This document shows positions 9,567-18,428 of a stretch of 32,000 bases of DNA, one piece after another. The notes below the pieces were generated by a model. It had not been told where the DNA came from, did not search any database, and was given only the letters and a program-made list of their open reading frames with translations. Source of the stretch: Caldivirga maquilingensis IC-167 (lineage in GTDB: Archaea; Thermoproteota; Thermoprotei; Thermoproteales; Thermocladiaceae); the NCBI RefSeq assembly GCF_000018305.1, contig NC_009954.1:300001-332000 (forward strand). The letters run 5' to 3'. The position numbers and the translations under genes were made by a program. The stretch's first letter is position 1; every line of letters starts with the position of its first letter.

Positions 9567-10051
9567 TGCCGTCCTACGTAATCCCCGCCAAGTGCACTGG
9601 GTGTGGGGATTGTGTTAACATTTGCCCAAGCCACATAATGAGGTTCACTAAGTCAGGTGTATTAGGTAGGAAGGCCGTTAACATTGAACCTGAGTCATGC
9701 TGGGAATGCTACAATTGCGTTAAACACTGCCCACAGGGTGCGGTGCAGATAAGGGGTTACGCAGACTTCACGCCATTGGGTGGTTCAGTTGAGGTTTATA
9801 GGGATGAGAAGACTAATAGGGTTTACTGGACTATTAGGTATAGGAATGGTAGTGTTAAGCACTTCGTCTTCCCAATAAGGACTAAACCATGGAATTCAAT
9901 AAAGCCCCCTGAGGAGTACCCAGAACCCCCAAGGGAGTTGCTGAGGACGCCATACTTATCCTTTGAGCATGATAAGTTAGGCGGCAATAAACTTGGTGTT
10001 GAGTTACCCACCTACAAGGTACCTGAGGTGGTTAAGGCTGAGGTGAGGTGA
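9566..10051 (+). CDS. aprB: Adenylylsulfate (APS) reductase beta subunit
   Basis: The N-terminus 'MPSYVIPAKCTGCGDCVNICP' and a second cluster 'CWECYNCVKHCP' fit AprB. It has the extended AprB C-terminal tail and sits immediately upstream of aprA. Confidence 0.9.
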   Translation: MPSYVIPAKCTGCGDCVNICPSHIMRFTKSGVLGRKAVNIEPESCWECYNCVKHCPQGAVQIRGYADFTPLGGSVEVYRDEKTNRVYWTIRYRNGSVKHFVFPIRTKPWNSIKPPEEYPEPPRELLRTPYLSFEHDKLGGNKLGVELPTYKVPEVVKAEVR

Positions 10052-11964
10052 TTAGTATGGTTAGAACCAGGGTTAAGCAGGTTGACTCAGACATATTAAT
10101 AATCGGTGGAGGCATGGCTGGAACTGGGGCTGCTTGGGAGGCTAAGTACTGGTGTAGGGGTTGTAGGATAGTGCTTGCTGAGAAGGCTAACATTAATAGG
10201 AGCGGCGCAGTGGCAATGGGGTTATCCGCAATAAACACTTACCTAGGCTTAAAATGCAAGGAGAATACTGTTGAGGATTACGTCAAGTATGTTAGGGGTG
10301 ACTTAATGGGTATTGTGAGGGAGGACTTGGTTTACGATTACGCTAGGCACGTTGACTCAACGGTGCACTTGTTTGATGAATGGGGATTACCCATATGGCC
10401 TGCACCCAATGGGTGCTATGTACGTGAGGGTAAGTGGCAGATAATGATTCATGGTGAATCCTATAAGGCAATTGTGGCTGAGGCAGCTAGGAAGGCTATT
10501 GGTGATGATAACATAATGAATAGGGTAATGGTAACTCACCTACTGAAGAGCCCCAGTAATCCTAATAGGGTTGCGGGTGCATTAGGCTTCAACGTTAATG
10601 ATGGAACAATCTACGTCTTTAAGGCTAAGGCAATCATAATGGCTGCAGGCGGTGGTTCACAAATATATAGGCCTAGGTCACAGGGTGAGGGACTTGGTAG
10701 GAGCTGGTACCCGCCATGGTCCTCGGCCTCATCATACGGTATGATGATTGAATCAGGTGCAGTAATGACGATGTTTGAGGCTAGGTTCGTTGTACCCAGG
10801 TTTAAGGATGGATATGGACCAGTGGGGGCTTATCAATTAATGTTGAAGACCAGGATAAGTAATGTTAATGGACAGGACTTCTGGAAGCCGCACCTTGAGG
10901 AGATTAGGAAACTCTACAGTGGTAAGGGTAAGTACGTTGACTTACCCATAACCCCAACCACACTTAGGGTTTACGCCCAACGCCTTGAGTGGATTAATGG
11001 CAGGGGGCCAAGCCTAATGAGGACTGATGAGACCGTTAAGAAGGGTACTGATAGTGAGGCTATTGCCTTCGAGGATTTCCTGGACATGACCATAAGCCAA
11101 GTCGCCATTTGGGCCGGGCAGAACCATGAACCCTCTGAGAGACCATATGAGGTAATAACCACTGAACCCTACGTAATGGGTTCACACGCCACTGAGTGTG
11201 GTGCATGGGCAAGTGGACCTGAGGACTTATCACCGAGGAAGATTGATGGGTTACCTGATGATAGGGGAACCCAGTACTACTGGGGTTATAATAGGATGAC
11301 TACGTTAGATGGCTTATTCTGTGCTGGAGATGCATGTGGTGCTAATCCGCATAAGTTCAGTAGTGGCTCATTCACTGAGGGGAGACTTGCAGCTAAGTCT
11401 GCTGTGCTTTACCTTATGGATCACAGTGATGAGCGTATTGACATTGATAAGGGGCAGGTTGACTCAATGATTAGTAAGCTGGTGGAGCCCTTGGAGCGTT
11501 GGGAGGAGGGGAGGTATAGTGTTGTAACTGGGCCAAGCACCATGCATCCAGTGGACCCTGGTAAGATTTACTGGAAGCAGGGCCTATTCAGGCTTCAGAA
11601 GATTATGGATGAGTACGCTGGCGGTTGGTCAACAATGTATACTACAAATGAGTGGATGCTTAATAGGGCTATTGAACTACTGCAATTCCTGAAGGAAGAC
11701 TTCATTAATTACGCTGCTGCCCGGGATTGGCATGAATTAATGAGGACTTGGGAGCTTTGGCACAGGATACTGACCGCTGAGGCTGTGGTTAGGCACATGT
11801 TATTCAGGAAGGAAACCAGGTGGCCAGGATACTACGTTAGGGCGGATTACCCAGCATTGGATGATGAGAATTGGCACGTTTTCGTTAACTCAAGGTATGA
11901 TGCAAAGACTGGTAGGTGGGAGTTATGGAAAGTCCCAGTGATTCACATAATCGAATTCCCATGA
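10048..11964 (+). CDS. aprA: Adenylylsulfate (APS) reductase alpha subunit (flavoprotein)
   Basis: 638 aa. It has the FAD fold 'DILIIGGGMAGTGAA', fumarate-reductase-family blocks and 'ETRWPGYYVRADYP' near the C-terminus. GTG 10048 overlaps the aprB stop; ATG 10057 is an alternative start. Confidence 0.93.
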   Translation: MISMVRTRVKQVDSDILIIGGGMAGTGAAWEAKYWCRGCRIVLAEKANINRSGAVAMGLSAINTYLGLKCKENTVEDYVKYVRGDLMGIVREDLVYDYARHVDSTVHLFDEWGLPIWPAPNGCYVREGKWQIMIHGESYKAIVAEAARKAIGDDNIMNRVMVTHLLKSPSNPNRVAGALGFNVNDGTIYVFKAKAIIMAAGGGSQIYRPRSQGEGLGRSWYPPWSSASSYGMMIESGAVMTMFEARFVVPRFKDGYGPVGAYQLMLKTRISNVNGQDFWKPHLEEIRKLYSGKGKYVDLPITPTTLRVYAQRLEWINGRGPSLMRTDETVKKGTDSEAIAFEDFLDMTISQVAIWAGQNHEPSERPYEVITTEPYVMGSHATECGAWASGPEDLSPRKIDGLPDDRGTQYYWGYNRMTTLDGLFCAGDACGANPHKFSSGSFTEGRLAAKSAVLYLMDHSDERIDIDKGQVDSMISKLVEPLERWEEGRYSVVTGPSTMHPVDPGKIYWKQGLFRLQKIMDEYAGGWSTMYTTNEWMLNRAIELLQFLKEDFINYAAARDWHELMRTWELWHRILTAEAVVRHMLFRKETRWPGYYVRADYPALDDENWHVFVNSRYDAKTGRWELWKVPVIHIIEFP

Positions 11965-11965
11965 G

Positions 11966-13351
11966 GTGATGCCGGTGAGCCTAAAGATTCAGACTCCTCC
12001 TCCACATGGGGGGAAGCTTGTTGATGCAGTGATTAGGGATGAGGGTAAGGCTATTAGCATGGCTGCTGGGGCACCGGCATACGACATAAAGCCCACGAGG
12101 AGTATTATTGACGGTAACCCCATTAGGAATATTTACAGGGAGATAATGAGCATAGCCTACGGCTTCTTCAGCCCACTGGATAGGTTCATGAGTAGGAATG
12201 AGGTTGAGAACGTGCTTAAGGAGAGGAGGCTCCTTGATGGTTGGTTATTCCCATTCCCGATAATATTCGACATAAGTGAAGAAGATTTGAGGAAGCTGGG
12301 TGTAAAGGAGGGTGATAGGGTTCTGCTTAGGCTTAAGGGTCAGCCCTTTGCAGTACTTGACATTGATGAGGTTTGGAGATTTGATCCCAGGGATATTGCT
12401 GATAGGACGTTCGGTACACCTGAAAGGAACCCTGAGGTTGTTAAGAGGAGGTTTGATGAGAAGCACCCAGGCTGGTTAATATACAGGAGTATGACTGGCC
12501 TAGCCCTAGCAGGCAGGGTGTATGTTATTAATGAACCGGTTTTCAAGGATCCTTACAACAGGTTCTGGTACCCACCAGCTAAGTCCCGTGAGGAGATTAG
12601 GAATAGGGGCTGGAGAACAGTGATTGCGCATCAAACTAGGAACGTACCGCACACTGGCCATGAGCATTTAATGAAGAACGCAGCATACATGGGTGATATT
12701 GAGCCATGCCACGGCATACTGGTTAACGCAATAATAGGGGCTAAGAGACTTGGGGACTTCGTTGATGAGGCTATACTTGAGGGTCATGAGGCAGTTAATA
12801 AGTATGGTTACATAAGTCCGAGGAGGCATATGGTTACAATGACCCTATGGGACATGAGGTACGGGAACCCACTTGAATCACTCCTTCACGGTATAATTAG
12901 GCAGAACATGGGTTGTACACATCACATGTTTGGTAGGGATCATGCAGCTGTAGGTGACTATTATGATCCATACTCAACTCAGATACTTTGGGAGAAGGGT
13001 ATACCAAGCTTCGGCCTGCCTGCACCGCCCTATGATGTTGATAAGGGGCTTAAGATAAGGCCGGTTAACATTAAGGAGTTTTGGTACTGCCCTAAGTGTG
13101 GGGAAATTGCGTACAGTGATACGTGTGGTCATGTTGACGTGGCTCAGAGGTTCAGTGGCTCGTTTATTAGGGGTTTGATTGCGGAGGGTATTGAGCCACC
13201 ACCAATAATATTTAGGCCTGAGGTCTATAGGGTTATTGTTAAGTGGTGGAGGATTTACAATTACCCATTCGTCAACAAGAAGTACCTTGAGTTAAAGGAG
13301 AGGGAGCTTGAAGTTGACTTAAAACCAATGGAGGTGAGCAGTAGGAGGTGA
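11966..13351 (+). CDS. sat: Sulfate adenylyltransferase (ATP sulfurylase), zinc-ribbon-containing type
   Basis: The 'HQTRNVPHTGHEHL' (QxRNxxHxxH) and 'GRDHAAVG' motifs are present. 'CPKCGEIAYSDTCGH' (nt 13088-13132) resembles the Zn site described for Thermus thermophilus Sat. The start lies 1 nt after the aprA stop. Confidence 0.93.
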   Translation: MMPVSLKIQTPPPHGGKLVDAVIRDEGKAISMAAGAPAYDIKPTRSIIDGNPIRNIYREIMSIAYGFFSPLDRFMSRNEVENVLKERRLLDGWLFPFPIIFDISEEDLRKLGVKEGDRVLLRLKGQPFAVLDIDEVWRFDPRDIADRTFGTPERNPEVVKRRFDEKHPGWLIYRSMTGLALAGRVYVINEPVFKDPYNRFWYPPAKSREEIRNRGWRTVIAHQTRNVPHTGHEHLMKNAAYMGDIEPCHGILVNAIIGAKRLGDFVDEAILEGHEAVNKYGYISPRRHMVTMTLWDMRYGNPLESLLHGIIRQNMGCTHHMFGRDHAAVGDYYDPYSTQILWEKGIPSFGLPAPPYDVDKGLKIRPVNIKEFWYCPKCGEIAYSDTCGHVDVAQRFSGSFIRGLIAEGIEPPPIIFRPEVYRVIVKWWRIYNYPFVNKKYLELKERELEVDLKPMEVSSRR

Positions 13352-13716
13352 TGGGCATGCCCTACAAGATAGCTGTTATCCTAGATAAGGCAAGGCTTGA
13401 GAGGATAAGGGGTACTGGTCTCGAGAGTATTGTTAAGGACCTCTATGGAGGATACTTGAAGGTTATTGAACTTAATGTACCTGATGATGCTGCTCAAAGG
13501 ATCCTTAAGGAATTCCCAAGGGCTAGGATTGACGCTAGGGGATTCATTGAGGAAACCCCAATTGCCTTTAAGAGGGAGCTATTTGAGGTTATAGTGCAGT
13601 TAAGGAGCATTGGGCCTGAAGTCTTCGGTGAATTACTTAAGCCCGAGAGGCTTAACAAGGTTAAGGAGGCAGCGGCTAAGGAAGATGAATACTTACCACC
13701 ACCTCAACTAGCCTAA
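13348..13716 (+). CDS. Hypothetical 122-aa protein, last gene of the apr-sat operon
   Basis: GTG 13348 and ATG 13351 overlap the sat stop (13349-13351) and follow GGAGGTGATG. Composition looks coding and acidic/helical, there are no Cys residues, and no family was recognised. Confidence 0.6.
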   Translation: MMGMPYKIAVILDKARLERIRGTGLESIVKDLYGGYLKVIELNVPDDAAQRILKEFPRARIDARGFIEETPIAFKRELFEVIVQLRSIGPEVFGELLKPERLNKVKEAAAKEDEYLPPPQLA

Positions 13717-13807
13717 CTGCGGTTAAGGGTTCTTTCAGTTAAGGTGTTAAACCTATTATAATTTTATGCTCAACCATAATGCACAAAAACACCTCTAGAA
13801 AAGCCAA

Positions 13808-14347
13808 TTGATCCAAGTGAGGCCACTGTTCATAGGTAGGTTTCAACCGGTTCATTTAGGGCACTTAAGCGCAATAGAGTGGGTGCTTAAGCAGGATGGA
13901 GTGGATAGGGTAATAGTGGGTATAGGTTCATCAAACCAATCCTTCACCTTCAAAAACCCCTTCACCGCCGGTGAGAGGATAGACATGTTAACTGAGGCGC
14001 TTGACTCAATTAACGTTAAGTACAGTATATGCACAATACCTGATACAGGTGGTTTGGCATCAATATGGTTCTCCTACGTTAGGAATTACTGCCCAAGCTT
14101 CGACTTAATTTACAGTAATGATGAGTTCACGAGACTGGCATTATCATACTGGAAGATACCAGTATTCAATACACCGTTATTCAATAAGGAGAAGTTAAGC
14201 GGCACTAACATTAGGTTACTGATGGCTCTTGGTAAGAAGGAGTGGACTTCACTGGTTCCTGAACCAGTAAGGGAATTCATAGAGAGGATTAATGGCGTTG
14301 AGAGGGTTAGGAAGCTTGCAGTAATAGAAGGTGTAGTAAAGGAGTAA
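13808..14347 (+). CDS. nadM: Nicotinamide-nucleotide adenylyltransferase (archaeal NMNAT)
   Basis: 'GRFQPVHLGHL' is the (H/T)xGH nucleotidyltransferase motif in the archaeal NMNAT context, and 'SGTNIR' lies near the C-terminus. The likely true start is GTG 13817 ('VRPLFIGRFQP...'). Confidence 0.85.
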   Translation: MIQVRPLFIGRFQPVHLGHLSAIEWVLKQDGVDRVIVGIGSSNQSFTFKNPFTAGERIDMLTEALDSINVKYSICTIPDTGGLASIWFSYVRNYCPSFDLIYSNDEFTRLALSYWKIPVFNTPLFNKEKLSGTNIRLLMALGKKEWTSLVPEPVREFIERINGVERVRKLAVIEGVVKE

Positions 14348-14427
14348 GCCTTAAATCAACGACAGTGTTTACTTATTACGCATCATTGATTAGGCAGTAT
14401 TTTAACATTAATAATAAATCACACTGA

Positions 14428-14502
14428 TGCCCCGGCCGGGATTTGAACCCGGGACCTTCCGGTTATGAGCCGGACACTCCACCCAGGCTGAGCTACCGGG
14501 GC
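14428..14502 (-). tRNA. tRNA-Met (anticodon CAU); could alternatively be tRNA-Ile2 if C34 is modified
   Basis: The reverse complement folds by hand into a cloverleaf: GCCCCGG-TA-GCTC..GAGT-G-TCCGG-CTCATAA-CCGGA-AGGTC-CCGGG-TTCAAAT-CCCGG-CCGGGGC-A. There is no intron and no encoded CCA. Confidence 0.9.
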
Positions 14503-14559
14503 TTAGTTAACATTATAGGCATGGATTTTATAAGCTTTTTCATAAATTAAACCAACCCA

Positions 14560-15018
14560 TTACTTCTCATGGTAAAGCAACTCAATCATAGCGCCTAAAC
14601 TCCCCTTAGCATCAACGTAAACATAACCCCCACCCTTAAATTTACCATCCTGCTCCACTGAACCACCAACACTAAGTAGCTCCTTAACGGCGTCATCAAT
14701 GTTACCCACGTTGAAGGCTATGTGGTGTATTCCCGGCCCATGCTTCTTAAGGAATTCACTCCAGGTACTTGGCTCACCCACCGGTTGAATAAGCTCAATA
14801 GTTATGTTATTTAACCTAAAGAAGGCTAACTTAGCCCTACCCCTTGAGGGAACCCCTCTAAACCTCATTCCAGTTTTCTCCCACTCCTCAGTCTCAATTA
14901 TTTGCGGTTCATTAACATTAAGTATCTTAGCCCATGCCTTAACGGCAGCCTCTATGTTTGGAACAACCATGGCTACTTGAACCACCTCCCTGAATTGGGC
15001 ATTAGCCATAATTAACAC
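14560..15018 (-). CDS. VOC-family protein (glyoxalase / methylmalonyl-CoA epimerase-like)
   Basis: 152 aa. 'VVPNIEAAVKAW...', 'ITIELIQP' and 'GPGIHHIAFNVGNIDDAVKEL' match the paired beta-alpha-beta-beta-beta VOC pattern. Confidence 0.7.
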   Translation of the reverse strand: MLIMANAQFREVVQVAMVVPNIEAAVKAWAKILNVNEPQIIETEEWEKTGMRFRGVPSRGRAKLAFFRLNNITIELIQPVGEPSTWSEFLKKHGPGIHHIAFNVGNIDDAVKELLSVGGSVEQDGKFKGGGYVYVDAKGSLGAMIELLYHEK

Positions 15019-15086
15019 TGGGGCTGTGACTTAAAAGCATTATTAATGCTGGTAATGCTTAATTAGGTCTTAGTAACCCCTAATAC

Positions 15087-17627
15087 ATGTCCTTTGAGAA
15101 GGCAACATACCTAATGGGTAGGGGTTTCACTTACCCAGACTATGAGCCACAGTACCAGAGGTACTACGGCTACATCATTAAGCACTTAAGCCTAACCCTT
15201 AGGTTGAATTTAAGTGAAAAATCCATTCAAGGCGATGCAAGGTACATCATTAATGTGATTAATGATAAGGGTTACTTGGATTTCGATGCAGCGGAAATGA
15301 ACATAACCTCGGTTACTGTTAATGATTCACCAACGCGCTTTGAGTATGATGGGCGTTCACTGAGGGTTTACTTAAATAAGGGTGGTGAAGTTGCAGTAGC
15401 CATAAGTTATAGCGCTAAGCCAAGGAATGGTGTACACTTCATACTGCCTGATGAACACTACCCCAATAGGAGACCTGTGATTTGGACTCAGGGTGAAAGT
15501 GAGGATAATCACTACTGGATACCATTGCCTGATTACCCAAGCATGAAGTTTACCAGTGAATTAACAATAATAGTACCTAAGCCTCTCACCGCTGTATCGA
15601 ACGGTTACCTGGTTGAGAGTAGAGATTTAGGTGGGGAGACTCTTTGGCATTGGAGGCTGGATAAGCCGCACTCCTCATATCTAATAGCCTTCGCAGCCGC
15701 TGAATTCGACGTGATTAAGGATAACTGCGGGGGTATTGAGGTTGAGCACTATGTGCCTAAGGGTTACGGTGAGTTAGCTAAGTTTAGCTTCCACAGGATA
15801 TGCGATATGATTAACTTCTTCAGTGAGTACACGGGGGTTAAATACCCATGGCCAAACTATAAGCATGCCGTTGTAAGTGAATTCGGCGGCGGTATGGAGA
15901 ATACTACTGTAACCATATTAACTGATACTACGCTTCATGATGAACATGCCCAATGCCCTGGGGCTAAATTCCCCTGCCCTGGTTCAGAGGATTTTTCCTC
16001 TGATGGTTTGGTTGCTCATGAGTTGGCTCATCAGTGGTTTGGTGACTTGGTTACTACTAGGGATTGGGGTAATATTTGGCTTAATGAAGCCTTCGCAACG
16101 TACATGGAGGCATTATACACAATGCACGCTAAGGGTCTTGATGAGTTCATATACGAACTCTACAATAACCTTAAGGCCTATCTCAACGAGTATAGACGTT
16201 ACTCAAGACCCATTGTAACCAAGCTATATAAGTACCCTGAGGAGATGTTTGATAGGCACACGTACGAGAAAGGCTCCCTAGTACTACACACGTTAAGAAA
16301 CATAATAGGCGAGGAAAACTTCAGGAAGGGTATTAACATGTTCCTAACCAGGTACGCCTACGGTAATGCGGAGACTGAGGACTTCAGGAGGGTTATGGAG
16401 GAGGCTGCGGCCAGGCCCCTTGACTGGTTCTTTAATCAATTCGTCTACTCAGCCGGTCACCCTAGTATCAAGTACTCGTGGAGTTATGATTCAGGCTACT
16501 TAAGGATTAATATTAGTCAAACCCAGGGTGAGGACTCGTACCCAGTTTACAGAATACCCATTGAACTGGAGGTTGGTTACCAAGATGGCTCAACTGAGTT
16601 AATTAAGATTAACCTTGAGTCAAGGGACAATACCATCTACCTACCTGTTAAGGGGAGGCCAGCCTACATTTGCCTTGATCCAGGGTTTAAGGTGGCTATT
16701 AAATCAGTTACCAGCAGTAAGAGTGTTGAGGAGACTAGGGCTGAGTTGAGGAGTAGTAACGTGGCCTGTAGGCTTGAGGCCATTGAGTCATTGGCTAGGG
16801 ATACTAGCTTAAGGTCTATTGAAGCCTTAACCGAGGCTTTACTTAATGATAAGTTCTGGGGTGTTAGGGCTGAGGCTGCTAGGGCATTGGGTAAACTTGG
16901 GGTTTCTGACGCCGTCAAGCCCCTTATTAATGCCCTTAACGTTGAGAAGCATCCCAGGGTTAGGCGCGCTATAGTTGAGGCTTTAGGTAACTTTAAGGGT
17001 AATGGTGACGCTGCTAAGGTGTTGGCCTCAATTTTAGTGAATAGTGGGGAAAGTTACTACGTTAGATCCAATGCGGCTGAGGCTCTTGGTAAAATTGGTA
17101 TTAGGGATTACTTTAATGAATTAGTTAAGGCTCTTGATTACCCAAGCCATAATAACGTTATTACTCAAGGTGCATTAAGAGGCTTAGCTGAACTGGGTGG
17201 TGATGATGCGGTTGAAGTAATCCTAAGGTATACACAGTTAGGTTACCCAACCCTAGTGAGGGCTACTGCTGCGCAATTACTGGGTAGGTTCGTGGATAAT
17301 AGGCGGGTTTACGATAGGTTAATGGAGCTTCTAAGGGATCAGTACATGAGGGTTGCTTCATCAGCCTTAAGCGCAGTGGAGTACTCCATGGATCCGAGAT
17401 TCCTAGGAATCCTAGATTCCATAGCCTCAGGCGCAGCCCCAGGTTTCATAGCCGCTGAGTTAAGCGGTAGGTTTAGGAGGTATGCTAGGGATGTTGCCGT
17501 TAAGATAAGGGAGCAGTTGAGTAAGGGTACTGAGTACGCTAGGTTGAGGGAGGAGATTGAGCAGGTTAGGGAGGAGCAGAGGAGGCTGGTGGATAGGGTT
17601 AGTAGGCTTGAGGCTAAGGCTCAATGA
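15087..17627 (+). CDS. M1-family zinc aminopeptidase with C-terminal HEAT (PBS-lyase-type) repeats and coiled-coil tail
   Basis: The exopeptidase motif 'GGGMEN' and the zinc site 'HELAHQWFGD...WLNEAF' (HExxH-x18-E) are present. The C-terminal region has repeated 'VR..AA.ALG..G' HEAT-like units, for example 'WGVRAEAARALGKLG' and 'YYVRSNAAEALGKIG'. The final ~40 aa are heptad-like ('REEIEQVREEQRRLVDRVSRLEAKAQ'). Confidence 0.9.
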   Translation: MSFEKATYLMGRGFTYPDYEPQYQRYYGYIIKHLSLTLRLNLSEKSIQGDARYIINVINDKGYLDFDAAEMNITSVTVNDSPTRFEYDGRSLRVYLNKGGEVAVAISYSAKPRNGVHFILPDEHYPNRRPVIWTQGESEDNHYWIPLPDYPSMKFTSELTIIVPKPLTAVSNGYLVESRDLGGETLWHWRLDKPHSSYLIAFAAAEFDVIKDNCGGIEVEHYVPKGYGELAKFSFHRICDMINFFSEYTGVKYPWPNYKHAVVSEFGGGMENTTVTILTDTTLHDEHAQCPGAKFPCPGSEDFSSDGLVAHELAHQWFGDLVTTRDWGNIWLNEAFATYMEALYTMHAKGLDEFIYELYNNLKAYLNEYRRYSRPIVTKLYKYPEEMFDRHTYEKGSLVLHTLRNIIGEENFRKGINMFLTRYAYGNAETEDFRRVMEEAAARPLDWFFNQFVYSAGHPSIKYSWSYDSGYLRINISQTQGEDSYPVYRIPIELEVGYQDGSTELIKINLESRDNTIYLPVKGRPAYICLDPGFKVAIKSVTSSKSVEETRAELRSSNVACRLEAIESLARDTSLRSIEALTEALLNDKFWGVRAEAARALGKLGVSDAVKPLINALNVEKHPRVRRAIVEALGNFKGNGDAAKVLASILVNSGESYYVRSNAAEALGKIGIRDYFNELVKALDYPSHNNVITQGALRGLAELGGDDAVEVILRYTQLGYPTLVRATAAQLLGRFVDNRRVYDRLMELLRDQYMRVASSALSAVEYSMDPRFLGILDSIASGAAPGFIAAELSGRFRRYARDVAVKIREQLSKGTEYARLREEIEQVREEQRRLVDRVSRLEAKAQ

Positions 17628-17717
17628 ATTAAAACCGTGAACTGCTCATTAATCGTTTAAAAAGCTAACCATGTTTTTACCTGATACACTTATTTAAGAC
17701 ACATGCGCAATTAAACC

Positions 17718-17921
17718 ATGGGTCTTAGGGTTAAGATTGGTGTGAGTGGAGGTAACGTAATTATGGTACTTATGATACCCATTGAGGATTATGAAGAAGC
17801 CTACAGGGGCGCATTATTAATGTATAAGTGCCAGGGTGAATCAACTAAGAATCCACTAGCCAGATACATTGCTGACTCACTTAAATACCTTGAATCAATA
17901 AGGAATTGTAAGGAAACTTAA
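17718..17921 (+). CDS. Hypothetical 67-aa protein
   Basis: A TATA-like 'tatttaag' (17691-17698) lies about 24 nt upstream of ATG 17718. No family was recognised. It sits at the edge of the AT-rich islet. Confidence 0.35.
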   Translation: MGLRVKIGVSGGNVIMVLMIPIEDYEEAYRGALLMYKCQGESTKNPLARYIADSLKYLESIRNCKET

Positions 17922-18027
17922 GTAAACAACCCATAAGGGATCCCTGGGATGGTTGGCTAAGCCTGCCATGATTAATGGTGATGTGCTTACTCCTTAAGAC
18001 GAGGGGGTCATTGATGCAACTCCATAT

Positions 18028-18337
18028 TTAATTACAATACCGTTTAATGGTTTTATCCTTTGTAGTAGGTATTATTGTAATTATTTCGACTTTCTGGAGC
18101 TGAACCTGGTAAGCATATATCACTATGAGCACAGTACCAGTGCATTTACTTATGGATGCGCAGTAAATGTATTGGTCATCTCTAATTCTAGTGTATTCCC
18201 TATTGCACGCATATTCTATCGCCTTTTTAATTTCCTGTTCAAAATCATTTACGCATACTCCACTATTCCTTAATTCTATGGATTCTTAGGTTGAGTCTTT
18301 GCTTCGCATGGTTTGGTAACTCACATGGATTAATCAT
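18028..18337 (-). pseudogene. Frameshifted DUF4258-like (toxin-like) small gene remnant
   Basis: By hand translation, ATG 18337 gives 'MINPCELPNHAKQRLNLRIHRIKE*'. An adjacent frame, open from 18285 to the stop at 18030-18028, gives 'ESIELRNSGVCVNDFEQEIKKAIEYACNREYTRIRDDQYIYCASISKCTGTVLIVIYAYQVQLQKVEIITIIPTTKDKTIKRYCN*' and has no start codon of its own. The combined pattern (H-A-x-x-R...R..G[IV]....[VF].E.I...I ... [IV]ITV[IY]xP) resembles DUF4258. Confidence 0.35.
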
Positions 18338-18428
18338 TGCCAGAACACTGACCAATTAAGCATTAAACACGGTACACCAGCTTGATCCCTGTAATCTGGG
18401 TAGAATGAAATGTTTGTTGGTTTCACTA

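Noticed and set aside
14348-14559. The tRNA(CAU) locus could be an integration hotspot for a mobile element.
   Set aside because: There is no integrase, no partial tRNA duplication and no att-like repeat nearby. The flanking genes (NMNAT and a VOC-family protein) look like core genes with normal composition.
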